This document shows, in pieces, positions 1 through 7,719 of a DNA stretch of 13,856 bases (the stretch's first letter is position 1; every line of letters begins with the position of its first letter). The stretch is from a virus (Duplodnaviria > Heunggongvirae > Uroviricota > Caudoviricetes). Both the position numbers and the translations under genes were made by a program. Location: the IMG/VR virus record IMGVR_UViG_2585427730_000012; one strand, written 5' to 3'. The notes under the pieces are model-generated. The model was given only the letters and a program-made list of their open reading frames with translations, did no database searches and was not told the origin of the DNA.

Positions 1-1284
1 TTACTTCTTCGCCTCTGCAACCACTTTACTACCCACGCCGCGGTTATTGTATTCCCACATGCGGTTGTAGTTAGTGTCATTCAGATTGCGCTGTATTTCG
101 TCGTTATCATCTACGCTGCCGGTATTACCCGCAAACGGACGATTAGAGATCACCGCATCGGCCCACGGTTTAGCCGTGTTAAAACCTTCGTTGATGGCGC
201 TATCACGGATCACCACCTGACCGTTGGTATTGGCATCAACATCCAGCGAGCGGCCCAGTTGCGCCACACCATCACCGAAAGCATTGAAACGGCTGTTTAC
301 GGCGAGGAAACCGTAGTAAATGTTGGACAGCGTAGCCGGTGCAAACACATACGCTTCTTGCTGAGTACGTGAGTTCACCACGCGGAATTCGGTGTTATCG
401 AACACCACTGCGCCGCGACCAGAAACGATATCCACATCCCCTTCAATGTAGCTGTTGGTCACCAGCGTACGCGGCTGACGGTTGGTTTCCAGACGGTTCT
501 GCACACCGCTGTTGGTGACAAAGAAGGTGTTCTGACGACCGAGAATGTTAACGTTGTTAATCTGTACCTGGTCACCATCAGTACGCAGTGCCACCGCCGG
601 ATGGTTACCTGCATCTACGCTATCGCCCAGCGTGTTTTCGATGGTCAGATTTTGCAGTTGCAGGCCATTGTTTTGTGACCAGAAGACCGCAGAGCAGAGA
701 ACACCGATACTGTCGCTGCGTTTGCTCTGGCAGCTATCGTACATATACCACGCTGGTTTACCTGGCATATATTTGCCGCGCGGGTTGACGTCGTGACGCC
801 AGTCGGCAGGGCTCATGCCACCATCAAGGGAAAGCCCAATCTTCACATCAATCGGTTTTTCACCTGTACCGTACAGAGTAATTCCACCCGGAGCGGCAGG
901 GACATATACCGTTCCCTGATACTCACCAGGCATCACGGCAATATACTGGCGCTTGTTGGTACGCTTGATAATTGCCGCATCTACCGCCGCCTGAATCGTG
1001 GTATGCGTTACACCTTGAGTGCCCGCCGGGCCGACAACAAAGTCAGGTTGCGCAGGCAGGGTAATCGGGGAAGGATTCCACGCTGCAGCACCTGGTGTCA
1101 GGGATGCAAAATAGTGTTGAGCATCGAAATTCTGCGCTTCTTTTGCCGACAGAATCGGGCGAGAAGAGGTACCAGGCGCGGTTTGATCAGAAGGACGTTG
1201 ATCGGGCGGGGTTGAGCTACAGGCGGTCAGCGTCACGCCAAAAGCCAATGCCAGCGCCAGACGGGAAACTGAAAATGTGTTCAC
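1..1284 (-). CDS. ybhC: Host lipoprotein YbhC (pectinesterase-family outer-membrane lipoprotein); complete, GTG start
   Basis: 427-aa ORF recalled as E. coli YbhC; N-terminal signal peptide with lipobox LTAC; GGAG about 7 nt upstream of the GTG start; lies next to the attλ core as expected for the gal-side flank of attB. Confidence 0.88.
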   Translation of the reverse strand: MNTFSVSRLALALAFGVTLTACSSTPPDQRPSDQTAPGTSSRPILSAKEAQNFDAQHYFASLTPGAAAWNPSPITLPAQPDFVVGPAGTQGVTHTTIQAAVDAAIIKRTNKRQYIAVMPGEYQGTVYVPAAPGGITLYGTGEKPIDVKIGLSLDGGMSPADWRHDVNPRGKYMPGKPAWYMYDSCQSKRSDSIGVLCSAVFWSQNNGLQLQNLTIENTLGDSVDAGNHPAVALRTDGDQVQINNVNILGRQNTFFVTNSGVQNRLETNRQPRTLVTNSYIEGDVDIVSGRGAVVFDNTEFRVVNSRTQQEAYVFAPATLSNIYYGFLAVNSRFNAFGDGVAQLGRSLDVDANTNGQVVIRDSAINEGFNTAKPWADAVISNRPFAGNTGSVDDNDEIQRNLNDTNYNRMWEYNNRGVGSKVVAEAKK

Positions 1285-1315
1285 AGGTTGCTCCGGGCTA
1301 TGAAATAGAAAAATG

Positions 1316-1427
1316 AATCCGTTGAAGCCTGCTTTTTTATACTAAGTTGGCATTATAAAAAAGCATTGCTTATCAATTTGTTGCAACGAACAGGTCACTA
1401 TCAGTCAAAATAAAATCATTATTTGAT
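1316..1427. other. attL: Prophage attL (host B arm / 15-bp core 1331-1345 / phage P' arm with Int arm-type and IHF H' sites)
   Basis: Exact λ common core GCTTTTTTATACTAA at 1331-1345; upstream TGAAGCCT matches the attB left arm; downstream GTTGGCATTATAAAAAAGCATTGCTTATCAATTTGTTGCAACGAACAGGTCACTATCAGTCAAAATAAAATCATTATTTG matches the λ attP P' arm as recalled. Outer limits are approximate. Confidence 0.9.
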
Positions 1428-2489
1428 TTCAATTTTGTCCCACTCCCTGCCTCTGTCATCACGATACTGTGATGCCATGGTGTCCGACTTATGCCCGAGA
1501 AGATGTTGAGCAAACTTATCGCTTATCTGCTTCTCATAGAGTCTTGCAGACAAACTGCGCAACTCGTGAAAGGTAGGCGGATCCCCTTCGAAGGAAAGAC
1601 CTGATGCTTTTCGTGCGCGCATAAAATACCTTGATACTGTGCCGGATGAAAGCGGTTCGCGACGAGTAGATGCAATTATGGTTTCTCCGCCAAGAATCTC
1701 TTTGCATTTATCAAGTGTTTCCTTCATTGATATTCCGAGAGCATCAACATGCAATGCTGTTGGGATGGCAATTTTTACGCCTGTTTTGCTTTGCTCGACA
1801 TAAAGATATCCATCTACGATATCAGACCACTTCATTTCGCATAAATCACCAACTCGTTGCCCGGTAACAACAGCCAGTTCCATTGCAAGTCTGAGCCAAC
1901 ATGGTGATGATTCTGCTGCTTGATAAATTTTCAGGTATTCGTCAGCCGTAAGTCTTGATCTCCTTACCTCTGATTTTGCTGCGCGAGTGGCAGCGACAGG
2001 GTTTGTTGTTATATGGCCTTCAGCTATTGCCTCTCGGAATGCATCGCTCAGTGTTGATCTGATTAACTTGGCTGACGCCGCCTTGCCCTCGTCTATGTAT
2101 CCATTGAGCATTGCCGCAATTTCTTTTGTGGTGATGTCTTCAAGTGGAGCATCAGGCAGACCCCTCCTTATTGCTTTAATTTTGCTCATGTAATTTATGA
2201 GTGTCTTCTGCTTGATTCCTCTGCTGGCCAGGATTTTTTCGTAGCGATCAAGCCATGAATGTAACGTAACGGAATTATCACTGTTGATTCTCGCTGTCAG
2301 AGGCTTGTGTTTGTGTCCTGAAAATAACTCAATGTTGGCCTGTATAGCTTCAGTGATTGCGATTCGCCTGTCTCGGCCTAATCCAAACTCTTTACCCGTC
2401 CTTGGGTCCCTGTAGCAGTAATATCCATTGTTTCTTATATAAAGGTTAGGGGGTAAATCCCGGCGCTCATGACTTCGCCTTCTTCCCAT
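1419..2489 (-). CDS. int: Integrase (λ Int, tyrosine recombinase), 356 aa
   Basis: Protein begins MGRRRSHERRDLPPNLYIRNNGYYCYRDPRTGKEFGLG and ends ...REWDKIEIK, matching λ Int as recalled; adjacent to attL; overlaps xis as in λ. Confidence 0.97.
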   Translation of the reverse strand: MGRRRSHERRDLPPNLYIRNNGYYCYRDPRTGKEFGLGRDRRIAITEAIQANIELFSGHKHKPLTARINSDNSVTLHSWLDRYEKILASRGIKQKTLINYMSKIKAIRRGLPDAPLEDITTKEIAAMLNGYIDEGKAASAKLIRSTLSDAFREAIAEGHITTNPVAATRAAKSEVRRSRLTADEYLKIYQAAESSPCWLRLAMELAVVTGQRVGDLCEMKWSDIVDGYLYVEQSKTGVKIAIPTALHVDALGISMKETLDKCKEILGGETIIASTRREPLSSGTVSRYFMRARKASGLSFEGDPPTFHELRSLSARLYEKQISDKFAQHLLGHKSDTMASQYRDDRGREWDKIEIK

Positions 2490-2685
2490 TTCTGATCCTC
2501 TTCAAAAGGCTACCTGTTACTGGTCGATTTAAGTCAACCTTTACCGCTGATTCGTGGAACAGATATTCTCTTCCATCCTTAACCGGAGGAGGGAATATCC
2601 TGCATTCGCGCACCCATCGACGAACTGTTTCAAGGCTTCTTGGGCGTCGCTGGCGAGCGTTCCACTCCTGAAGTGTCAAGTACAT
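2467..2685 (-). CDS. xis: Excisionase (λ Xis), 72 aa
   Basis: MYLTLQEWNARQRRPRSLETVRRWVRECRIFPPPVKDGREYLFHESAVKVDLNRPVTGSLLKRIRNGKKAKS matches λ Xis as recalled; 3' end overlaps the int start. Confidence 0.95.
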   Translation of the reverse strand: MYLTLQEWNARQRRPRSLETVRRWVRECRIFPPPVKDGREYLFHESAVKVDLNRPVTGSLLKRIRNGKKAKS

Positions 2686-2724
2686 CGCAAAGTCTCCGCA
2701 ATTACACGCAAGAAAAAACCGCCA

Positions 2725-2892
2725 TCAGGCGGCTTGGTGTTCTTTCAGTTCTTCAATTCGAATATTGGTTACGTCTGCATGTGCTATCTGCGCCCACAGC
2801 ATCCAGTGGTCATAGCAGTCGCTGATGTTCTCGGCTTCGATAACTCTGTTGAATGGTTCTCCATTCCATTCACCTGTGACTCGGAAGTGCAT
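2725..2892 (-). CDS. Small phage protein, λ orf55-like (55 aa), function unknown
   Basis: Hand-translated from the minus strand: MHFRVTGEWNGEPFNRVIEAENISDCYDHWMLWAQIAHADVTNIRIEELKEHQAA, then TGA. GGAG sits 7 nt upstream of the ATG. Below the ORF-track length cutoff; position corresponds to λ orf55 downstream of xis. Confidence 0.65.
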   Translation of the reverse strand: MHFRVTGEWNGEPFNRVIEAENISDCYDHWMLWAQIAHADVTNIRIEELKEHQAA

Positions 2893-3134
2893 TTATCATC
2901 TCCATAAAACAAACCCCGCCGTAGCGAGTTCAGATAAAAGAAATCCTCGTCAGTGCGAGGATGCTGTTCATTGCTGCTATACACTTTTTTGCTCTCAACG
3001 TAAGCGGTAGCCCATTCTGTTGGGTTGGTGCAGTTGCTTTTAGGAAATGCTATTTACCCCTTAAATGTCGGCTGAAAGAGCTAAAATCCATGCAAAAAAT
3101 TTACGCAATTTTGTGTATTATTGTGCAGTAAGTA

Positions 3135-3737
3135 ATGAGCTATTTTCTGCGCAAAAAATGGATGGTAAATTTGTCCGGGTCAGGAAAAATTTTATGGGCG
3201 CTAAACATGAAAAAAGATTCGTATCCTTATTTGATTTGCATGACAGTTTCAGGGCTGATCTTTATTTTCCTTTTCTTCTGGTGGCGGGCAGATATCTACA
3301 GGGTCACGTTTCTTAATCAGAGTATATCCCACTATTACATTCTGTTTAGCATGGGAATAGCTTTTCTGTTATCTCTGTTTTGGGTTAAGAAGGGGATAGT
3401 AAAACAAAGCGGCTGGAAGAGTCTGTCAGCATACCTTAAGGTTTATGCAGGGATGTGCATATTTGCTGGATTTTTTCTGATTATACCCCTTACGACACTA
3501 ACTTATTTTTTGCCTGGAGAGACATCGTCTTATGTTGCACCGTATCGGTATACTTCCGGTAGTTCAAAAAGTTGTTCTGGAGCTGAGGTGGATGACCCCG
3601 ATCTACATGAGAATATTCGCATTTGCTATCCGTATGGCAATTATGAGTACGATAATATTATCTATGTTGAAAAGAAAATTAATATATTAGGTGCGGTAGT
3701 GACATATGCACAGACCGCGCGTGATGATACTGAATGA
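3135..3737 (+). CDS. Moron-encoded multi-pass membrane protein of unknown function (200 aa from first ATG; alternative starts at 3162 or 3207)
   Basis: A 200-codon open frame in visibly AT-rich DNA, where stop codons are frequent by chance. Three to four hydrophobic segments (LICMTVSGLIFIFLFFWW, YYILFSMGIAFLLSLFWV, YAGMCIFAGFFLIIPLTTLTYFL) precede a roughly 70-aa hydrophilic C-terminal domain. Opposite strand to the flanking phage genes. No convincing Shine-Dalgarno at any of the three candidate ATGs. Confidence 0.65.
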   Translation: MSYFLRKKWMVNLSGSGKILWALNMKKDSYPYLICMTVSGLIFIFLFFWWRADIYRVTFLNQSISHYYILFSMGIAFLLSLFWVKKGIVKQSGWKSLSAYLKVYAGMCIFAGFFLIIPLTTLTYFLPGETSSYVAPYRYTSGSSKSCSGAEVDDPDLHENIRICYPYGNYEYDNIIYVEKKINILGAVVTYAQTARDDTE

Positions 3738-3771
3738 TATAGTATATAGCGGGCAAGTTTTAGTTAATTTA

Positions 3772-3805
3772 TCGAGGTAATATAATTTACCTCGACTCGT
3801 TTGTT
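3772..3805 (+). terminator. Putative intrinsic terminator for the membrane-protein moron (perfect 9-bp stem, TATAAT loop, T-rich tail)
   Basis: TCGAGGTAA-TATAAT-TTACCTCGA is a perfect inverted repeat at 3772-3795, followed by CTCGTTTGTTCTGG; lies about 35 bp after the moron stop codon. Confidence 0.45.
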
Positions 3806-3947
3806 CTGGTATTAATATTTCGCTTTACGACCGATTTTTATCTGATGATATCATGCGGTTTTCATATACTGACTTACTGTCTTTTCTCCGTTAGCGATTT
3901 TCTCCTGCTCAGCGATGATTTTATCTTTGGCTTCTAGTTAATTTCGC

Positions 3948-4169
3948 TCACTTCGAACCTCTCTGTTTACTGATAAGCTCCAGATCTTGCTGGCAACTGG
4001 CACAAGTCCGACAACCCTGAACGGCCAGTCGTCTTCGTTCATCTATCGGATCGCCACACTCACAACAATGAGTGGCAGATATAGCCTGGTGGTTCAGGCG
4101 GCGCATTTTTATTGCTGTGTTGCGCTGTAATTCTTCAATTTCTGATGCTGAATCAATTATGTCTGCCAT
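3948..4169 (-). CDS. DksA/TraR-family C4 zinc-finger protein (λ Orf73 / TraR-like), 73 aa
   Basis: Contains CCECGDPIDERRRLAVQGCRTCASCQ, a CxxC-(17)-CxxC zinc-finger signature typical of TraR/DksA proteins; size and position fit the λ TraR homologue Orf73. Confidence 0.75.
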   Translation of the reverse strand: MADIIDSASEIEELQRNTAIKMRRLNHQAISATHCCECGDPIDERRRLAVQGCRTCASCQQDLELISKQRGSK

Positions 4170-4267
4170 CTTTCATTAATCCCTGAATTGTTGGTTAATA
4201 CGCTTGAGGGTGAATGCGAATAATAAAAAAGGAGCCTGTAGCTCCCTGATGATTTTGCTTTTCATGT

Positions 4268-4483
4268 TCACCGTTCCTTAAAGACGCCGTTCAACATGCC
4301 GATCGCCAGGCTTAAATGAGTCGGTGTGAATCCCATCAGCGTTACCGTTTCGCGGTGCTTCTTTAGTACGCTACGGCAAATGTCATCGACGTTTTTATCC
4401 GGAAACTGCTGTCTGGCTTTTTTGATTTCAGAATTAGCCTGACGGGCAATGCTGCGAAGGGCGTTTTCTTGCTGAGGTGTCAT
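4268..4483 (-). CDS. Small phage protein of unknown function in the orf61 position (71 aa from the internal ATG; the ORF extends to 4549 if the upstream ATG is used)
   Basis: Open frame 4268-4549; the charged, helix-like sequence begins at MTPQQENALRSIARQANSEIKKARQQFPDK, whereas the 22 residues upstream (MHFSGSGLHILCAYACRHGACS) look unlike protein. Start assignment is uncertain. Confidence 0.5.
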   Translation of the reverse strand: MTPQQENALRSIARQANSEIKKARQQFPDKNVDDICRSVLKKHRETVTLMGFTPTHLSLAIGMLNGVFKER

Positions 4484-4559
4484 TGAACAAGCCCCATGTC
4501 GGCAAGCATAAGCACACAGAATATGAAGCCCGCTGCCAGAAAAATGCATTCAGTGGTTG

Positions 4560-4751
4560 TCATACCTGGTCTCTCTCATCTGCTTCTGCTTTCGCCACCA
4601 TCATTTCCAGCTTTTGTGAAAGGGATGCGGCTAACGTATGAAATTCTTCGTCTGTTTCTACTGGTATTGGCACAAACCTGACTCCAATTTGAGCGAGGCT
4701 ATGTGCCATCTCGATACTCGTTCTTAACTCAACGGGAGATGCTTTGTGCAT
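4560..4751 (-). CDS. λ orf63-like small protein (63 aa)
   Basis: A 63-aa ORF whose coordinates map exactly onto λ orf63 when the same offset that fits exo, bet, gam, kil, cIII and ea10 is applied. Confidence 0.7.
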   Translation of the reverse strand: MHKASPVELRTSIEMAHSLAQIGVRFVPIPVETDEEFHTLAASLSQKLEMMVAKAEADERDQV

Positions 4752-4906
4752 ACAGCTCCCCGTTTATTATTTATCTCCTCAGCCAGCCGCTGTGCTTTCA
4801 GGGGATTTCTGATAACAGAAAGGCCGGGAAATACCCAGCCTCGCTTTGTAACGGAGTAGACGAAAGTGATCGCACCTACCCGGATATTATCGTGAGGATG
4901 CTTCAT
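4724..4906 (-). CDS. λ orf60a-like small protein (60 aa; an ATG two codons upstream at 4912 is also possible)
   Basis: [34 protein letters not shown]...; its start overlaps the exo stop codon, the arrangement recalled for λ exo/orf60a. Confidence 0.7.
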   Translation of the reverse strand: MKHPHDNIRVGAITFVYSVTKRGWVFPGLSVIRNPLKAQRLAEEINNKRGAVCTKHLPLS

Positions 4907-5583
4907 CGCCATTGCTCCCCAAATACAAAACCAATTTCAGCCAGTGCCTCGTCCATTTTTTCGATGAACTCCGGCACCATCTCGTCAAAACTCGCCATGT
5001 ACTTTTCATCCCGCTCAACCACGACATAATGCAGGCCTTCACGCTTCATACGCGGGTCATAGTTGGCAAAGTACCAGGCATCTTTTCGCGTCACCCACAT
5101 GCTGTACTGCACCTGGGCCATGTAAGCCGACTTTATGGCCTCGAAACCACCGAGCCGGAACTTCATGAAATCCCGGGAGGTAAACGGGCATTTCAGCTCA
5201 AGGCCATTGCCGTCACTGCATAAACCATCGGGAGAGCAGGCGGTACGCATACTTTCGTCGCGATAGATGATCGGGGATTCAGTAACATTCACGCCGGAAG
5301 TGAATTCAAACAGAGTTCTGGCGTCGTTCTCGTACTGTTTTCCCCATGCCAGCGCCTTAGCATTAACTTCCGGAGCCACACCGGTGCAAACCTCAGCCAG
5401 CAGGGTGTGGAAGTAGGACATTTTCATGTCAGGCCACTTTTTTCCGGAGCGGGGTTTTGCTATCACATTGTGAACTTCTGAAGCGGTGATGACGCCGAGC
5501 CGTAATTTGTGCCACGCATCATCCCCCTGTTCGACAGCTCTCACGTCGATTCCGGTACGCTGCAGGATAATGTCCGGTGTCAT
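4903..5583 (-). CDS. exo: λ exonuclease (Red alpha), 226 aa
   Basis: [65 protein letters not shown]... matches λ Exo as recalled; ATGA overlap with the bet stop. Confidence 0.97.
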   Translation of the reverse strand: MTPDIILQRTGIDVRAVEQGDDAWHKLRLGVITASEVHNVIAKPRSGKKWPDMKMSYFHTLLAEVCTGVAPEVNAKALAWGKQYENDARTLFEFTSGVNVTESPIIYRDESMRTACSPDGLCSDGNGLELKCPFTSRDFMKFRLGGFEAIKSAYMAQVQYSMWVTRKDAWYFANYDPRMKREGLHYVVVERDEKYMASFDEMVPEFIEKMDEALAEIGFVFGEQWR

Positions 5584-6365
5584 GCAGCCACCTTCTGCTC
5601 AGTGGCTTTCTGTTTCAGGAATCCAAGAGCTTTCACTGCTTCGGCCTGTGTCAGTTCTGACGATGCGCGAATGTCGCGGCGAAATATCTGGGAACAGAGC
5701 GGCAATAAGTCGTCATCCCATGTTTTATCCAGGGCAATCAGCAGAGTGTTAATCTCCTGCATGGTTTCATCGTTAACCGGAGTGATGTCGCGTTCCGGCT
5801 GACGTTCTGCAGTGTATGCGGTATTTTCGACAATGCGCTCGGCTTCATCCTTGTCATAGATACCCGCAAATCCGAAGGCGAGACGGGCACACTGAATCAT
5901 GGCTTTATGCCGTAACATCCGTTTGGGATGCGACTGCCACGGTCCGGTGATTTCTCTGCCTTCGCGGGTTTTGAATGGTTCGCGGCGGCATTCATCCATC
6001 CACTCGGTAACGCAGATCGGATGATTGCGGTCCTTGCGGTAAATCCGGCATGTGCAGGATTCATTGTCCTGCTCAAAGTCCATGCCATCAAACTGCTGGT
6101 TTTCATTGATGATACGGGACCAGCCATCAACGCCCACCACCGGAACGATGCCGTTCTGCTTGTCAGGGAAGGCGTAAATTTCTTTCGTCCACGGATTAAG
6201 GCCGTACTGGTTGGCGACGATCAGCAATGCGATGAACTGCGCATCGCTGGCATCACCTTTAAATGCCGTCTGGCGAAGAGTGGTGATCAGTTCCTGTGGG
6301 TCGACAGAATCCATGCCGACGCGTTCAGCCAGCTTCCCAGCCAGCGTTGCGAGTGCTGTACTCAT
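5580..6365 (-). CDS. bet: λ Bet (Red beta) single-strand annealing protein, 261 aa
   Basis: [100 protein letters not shown]... matches λ Beta as recalled. Confidence 0.97.
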   Translation of the reverse strand: MSTALATLAGKLAERVGMDSVDPQELITTLRQTAFKGDASDAQFIALLIVANQYGLNPWTKEIYAFPDKQNGIVPVVGVDGWSRIINENQQFDGMDFEQDNESCTCRIYRKDRNHPICVTEWMDECRREPFKTREGREITGPWQSHPKRMLRHKAMIQCARLAFGFAGIYDKDEAERIVENTAYTAERQPERDITPVNDETMQEINTLLIALDKTWDDDLLPLCSQIFRRDIRASSELTQAEAVKALGFLKQKATEQKVAA

Positions 6366-6370
6366 CCGTT

Positions 6371-6787
6371 TTATACCTCTGAATCAATATCAACCTGGTG
6401 GTGAGCAATGGTTTCAACCATGTACCGGATGTGTTCTGCCATGCGCTCCTGAAACTCAACATCGTCATCAAACGCACGGGTAATGGCTTTTTTGCTGGCC
6501 CCGTGGCGTTGTAAATGATCGATGCAGAGTGATTCAAACAGGTTCTGGGGCAGACCTTTTTCCATGTCGTCTGCCAGTTCTGCCTCTTTCTCTTCACGGG
6601 CGATCTGCTGGTAGTGACGCGTCCAGCTCTGAGCCTCAAGACGATCCTGAATGTAATAAGCGTTCATGGCTGAACTCCTGAAATAGCTGTGAAAATATCG
6701 CCCGCGAAATGCCGGGCTGATTAGGAAAACAGGAAAGGGGGTTAGTGAATGCTTTTGCTTGATCTCAGTTTCAGTATTAATATCCAT
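6371..6787 (-). CDS. gam: λ Gam (RecBCD inhibitor), 138-aa long form; the internal start [15 protein letters not shown] gives the short form
   Basis: [100 protein letters not shown]... matches λ Gam as recalled. Confidence 0.95.
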   Translation of the reverse strand: MDINTETEIKQKHSLTPFPVFLISPAFRGRYFHSYFRSSAMNAYYIQDRLEAQSWTRHYQQIAREEKEAELADDMEKGLPQNLFESLCIDHLQRHGASKKAITRAFDDDVEFQERMAEHIRYMVETIAHHQVDIDSEV

Positions 6788-6885
6788 TTTTTATAAGCGT
6801 CGACGGCCTCACGAAACATCTTTTCATCGCCAATAAAAGTGGCGATAGTGAATTTAGTCTGGATAGCCATAAGTGTTTGATCCAT
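6742..6885 (-). CDS. kil: λ Kil (FtsZ-inhibiting host-killing protein), 47 aa
   Basis: [47 protein letters not shown] is present as the C-terminal part of the 6742-7011 ORF; overlaps the gam start as in λ. Confidence 0.85.
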   Translation of the reverse strand: MDQTLMAIQTKFTIATFIGDEKMFREAVDAYKKWILILKLRSSKSIH

Positions 6886-7018
6886 TTTTTGGGACTCCTG
6901 GCTGATTAAGTATGTCGATAAGGCGTTTCCATCCGTCACGTAATTTACGGGTGATTCGTTCAAGTAAAGATTCGGAAGGGCAGCCAGCAACAGGCCACCC
7001 TGCAATGGCATATTGCAT
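6854..7018 (-). CDS. cIII: λ CIII (FtsH inhibitor that stabilises CII), 54 aa
   Basis: Hand-translated: [54 protein letters not shown], then TAA; missed by the ORF track because it is shorter than the cutoff and overlaps kil in another frame. Confidence 0.9.
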   Translation of the reverse strand: MQYAIAGWPVAGCPSESLLERITRKLRDGWKRLIDILNQPGVPKNGSNTYGYPD

Positions 7019-7090
7019 GGTGTGCTCCTTATTTATACATAACGAAAAACGCCTCGAGTGAAGCGTTATTGGTATGCGGTAACGCCGCGC

Positions 7091-7459
7091 TCAGGCGGCT
7101 TTGATAGTCATATCATCTGAATCAAATATTCCTGATGTATCGATATCGGTAATTCTTATTCCTTCGCTACCATCCATTGGAGGCCATCCTTCCTGACCAT
7201 TTCCATCATTCCAGTCGAACTCACACACAACACCATATGCATTTAAGTCGCTTGAAATTGCTATAAGCAGAGCATGTTGCGCCAGCATGATTAATACAGC
7301 ATTTAATACAGAGCCGTGTTTATTGAGTCGGTATTCAGAGTCTGACCAGAAATTATTAATCTGGTGAAGTTTTTCCTCTGTCATTACGTCATGGTCGATT
7401 TCAATTTCTATTGATGCTTTCCAGTCGTAATCAATGATATATTTTTTGATGTTTGACAT
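7091..7459 (-). CDS. ea10: λ Ea10-like protein, 122 aa
   Basis: 122-aa ORF MSNIKKYIIDYDWKASIEIEIDHDVMTEEKLHQINNFWSDSEYRLNKHGSVLNAVLIMLAQHALLIAISSDL...; length and coordinates match λ ea10 under the same offset as the Red genes. Confidence 0.85.
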   Translation of the reverse strand: MSNIKKYIIDYDWKASIEIEIDHDVMTEEKLHQINNFWSDSEYRLNKHGSVLNAVLIMLAQHALLIAISSDLNAYGVVCEFDWNDGNGQEGWPPMDGSEGIRITDIDTSGIFDSDDMTIKAA

Positions 7460-7477
7460 CTATTCATATCCTCACAG

Positions 7478-7505
7478 ATAAAAAATCGCCCTCACATTGG
7501 AGGGC
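7478..7505 (-). terminator. Intrinsic terminator on the leftward (pL) transcript just upstream of ea10
   Basis: Minus strand reads GCCCTC-CAATGT-GAGGGC followed by GATTTTTTATC: a 6-bp GC-rich stem with a U-run. Confidence 0.55.
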
Positions 7506-7719
7506 AAAGAAGATTTCCAATAATCAGAACAAGTCGGCTCCTGTTTAGTTACGAGCGACATTGCTCAGTGTATTCACTCGTTGGAATGAATACACAGTGC
7601 AGTGTTTATTAGTATGCCTGTCTTTTAACCACATCAGGCTCGGTGGTTCTCGTGTACCCCTACAGCGAGAAATCGGATAAACTCTATTCACCCCTACAGA
7701 GAGCAAAAGAGAAACGCCG

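Noticed and set aside
545-1316. Plus-strand ORFs of 66-140 aa (545-796, 588-788, 793-1215, 1095-1316) inside ybhC
   Set aside because: They lie entirely antisense to a well-supported host gene, have no RBS, and their composition (Arg/Cys/Ser-rich) is typical of shadow frames of a GC-rich gene.
2784-2984. 66-aa minus-strand ORF overlapping orf55 in another frame
   Set aside because: GTG-initiated with no Shine-Dalgarno, and overlaps the orf55 frame, which does have a good GGAG RBS; most likely a chance frame.
3065-3316. 83-aa plus-strand ORF overlapping the start of the membrane-protein ORF
   Set aside because: It is in a different frame from the 200-codon ORF and much shorter. An internal ATG at 3194 does have an AGGA upstream, so a short overlapping peptide cannot be excluded, but the long hydrophobic frame is the better-supported gene.
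4551-4579. ATG at 4579 (minus strand) at the position where I expected the λ orf61 start
   Set aside because: It is followed by a stop after 9 codons (MRETRYDNH), so it is not a gene here; the neighbouring 4268-4549 frame is annotated instead with an uncertain start.
5928-6483. Plus-strand ORFs of 158 and 90 aa (5928-6404, 6211-6483) antisense to bet and gam
   Set aside because: Antisense shadow frames within strongly supported Red genes; no RBS.
7041-7096. Small stem-loops (AACGC...GCGTT; GCCGC-GCTCAG-GCGGC) between cIII and ea10
   Set aside because: Stems are short with no adjacent U-run on the transcribed (minus) strand; insufficient to call a terminator or RNA element.
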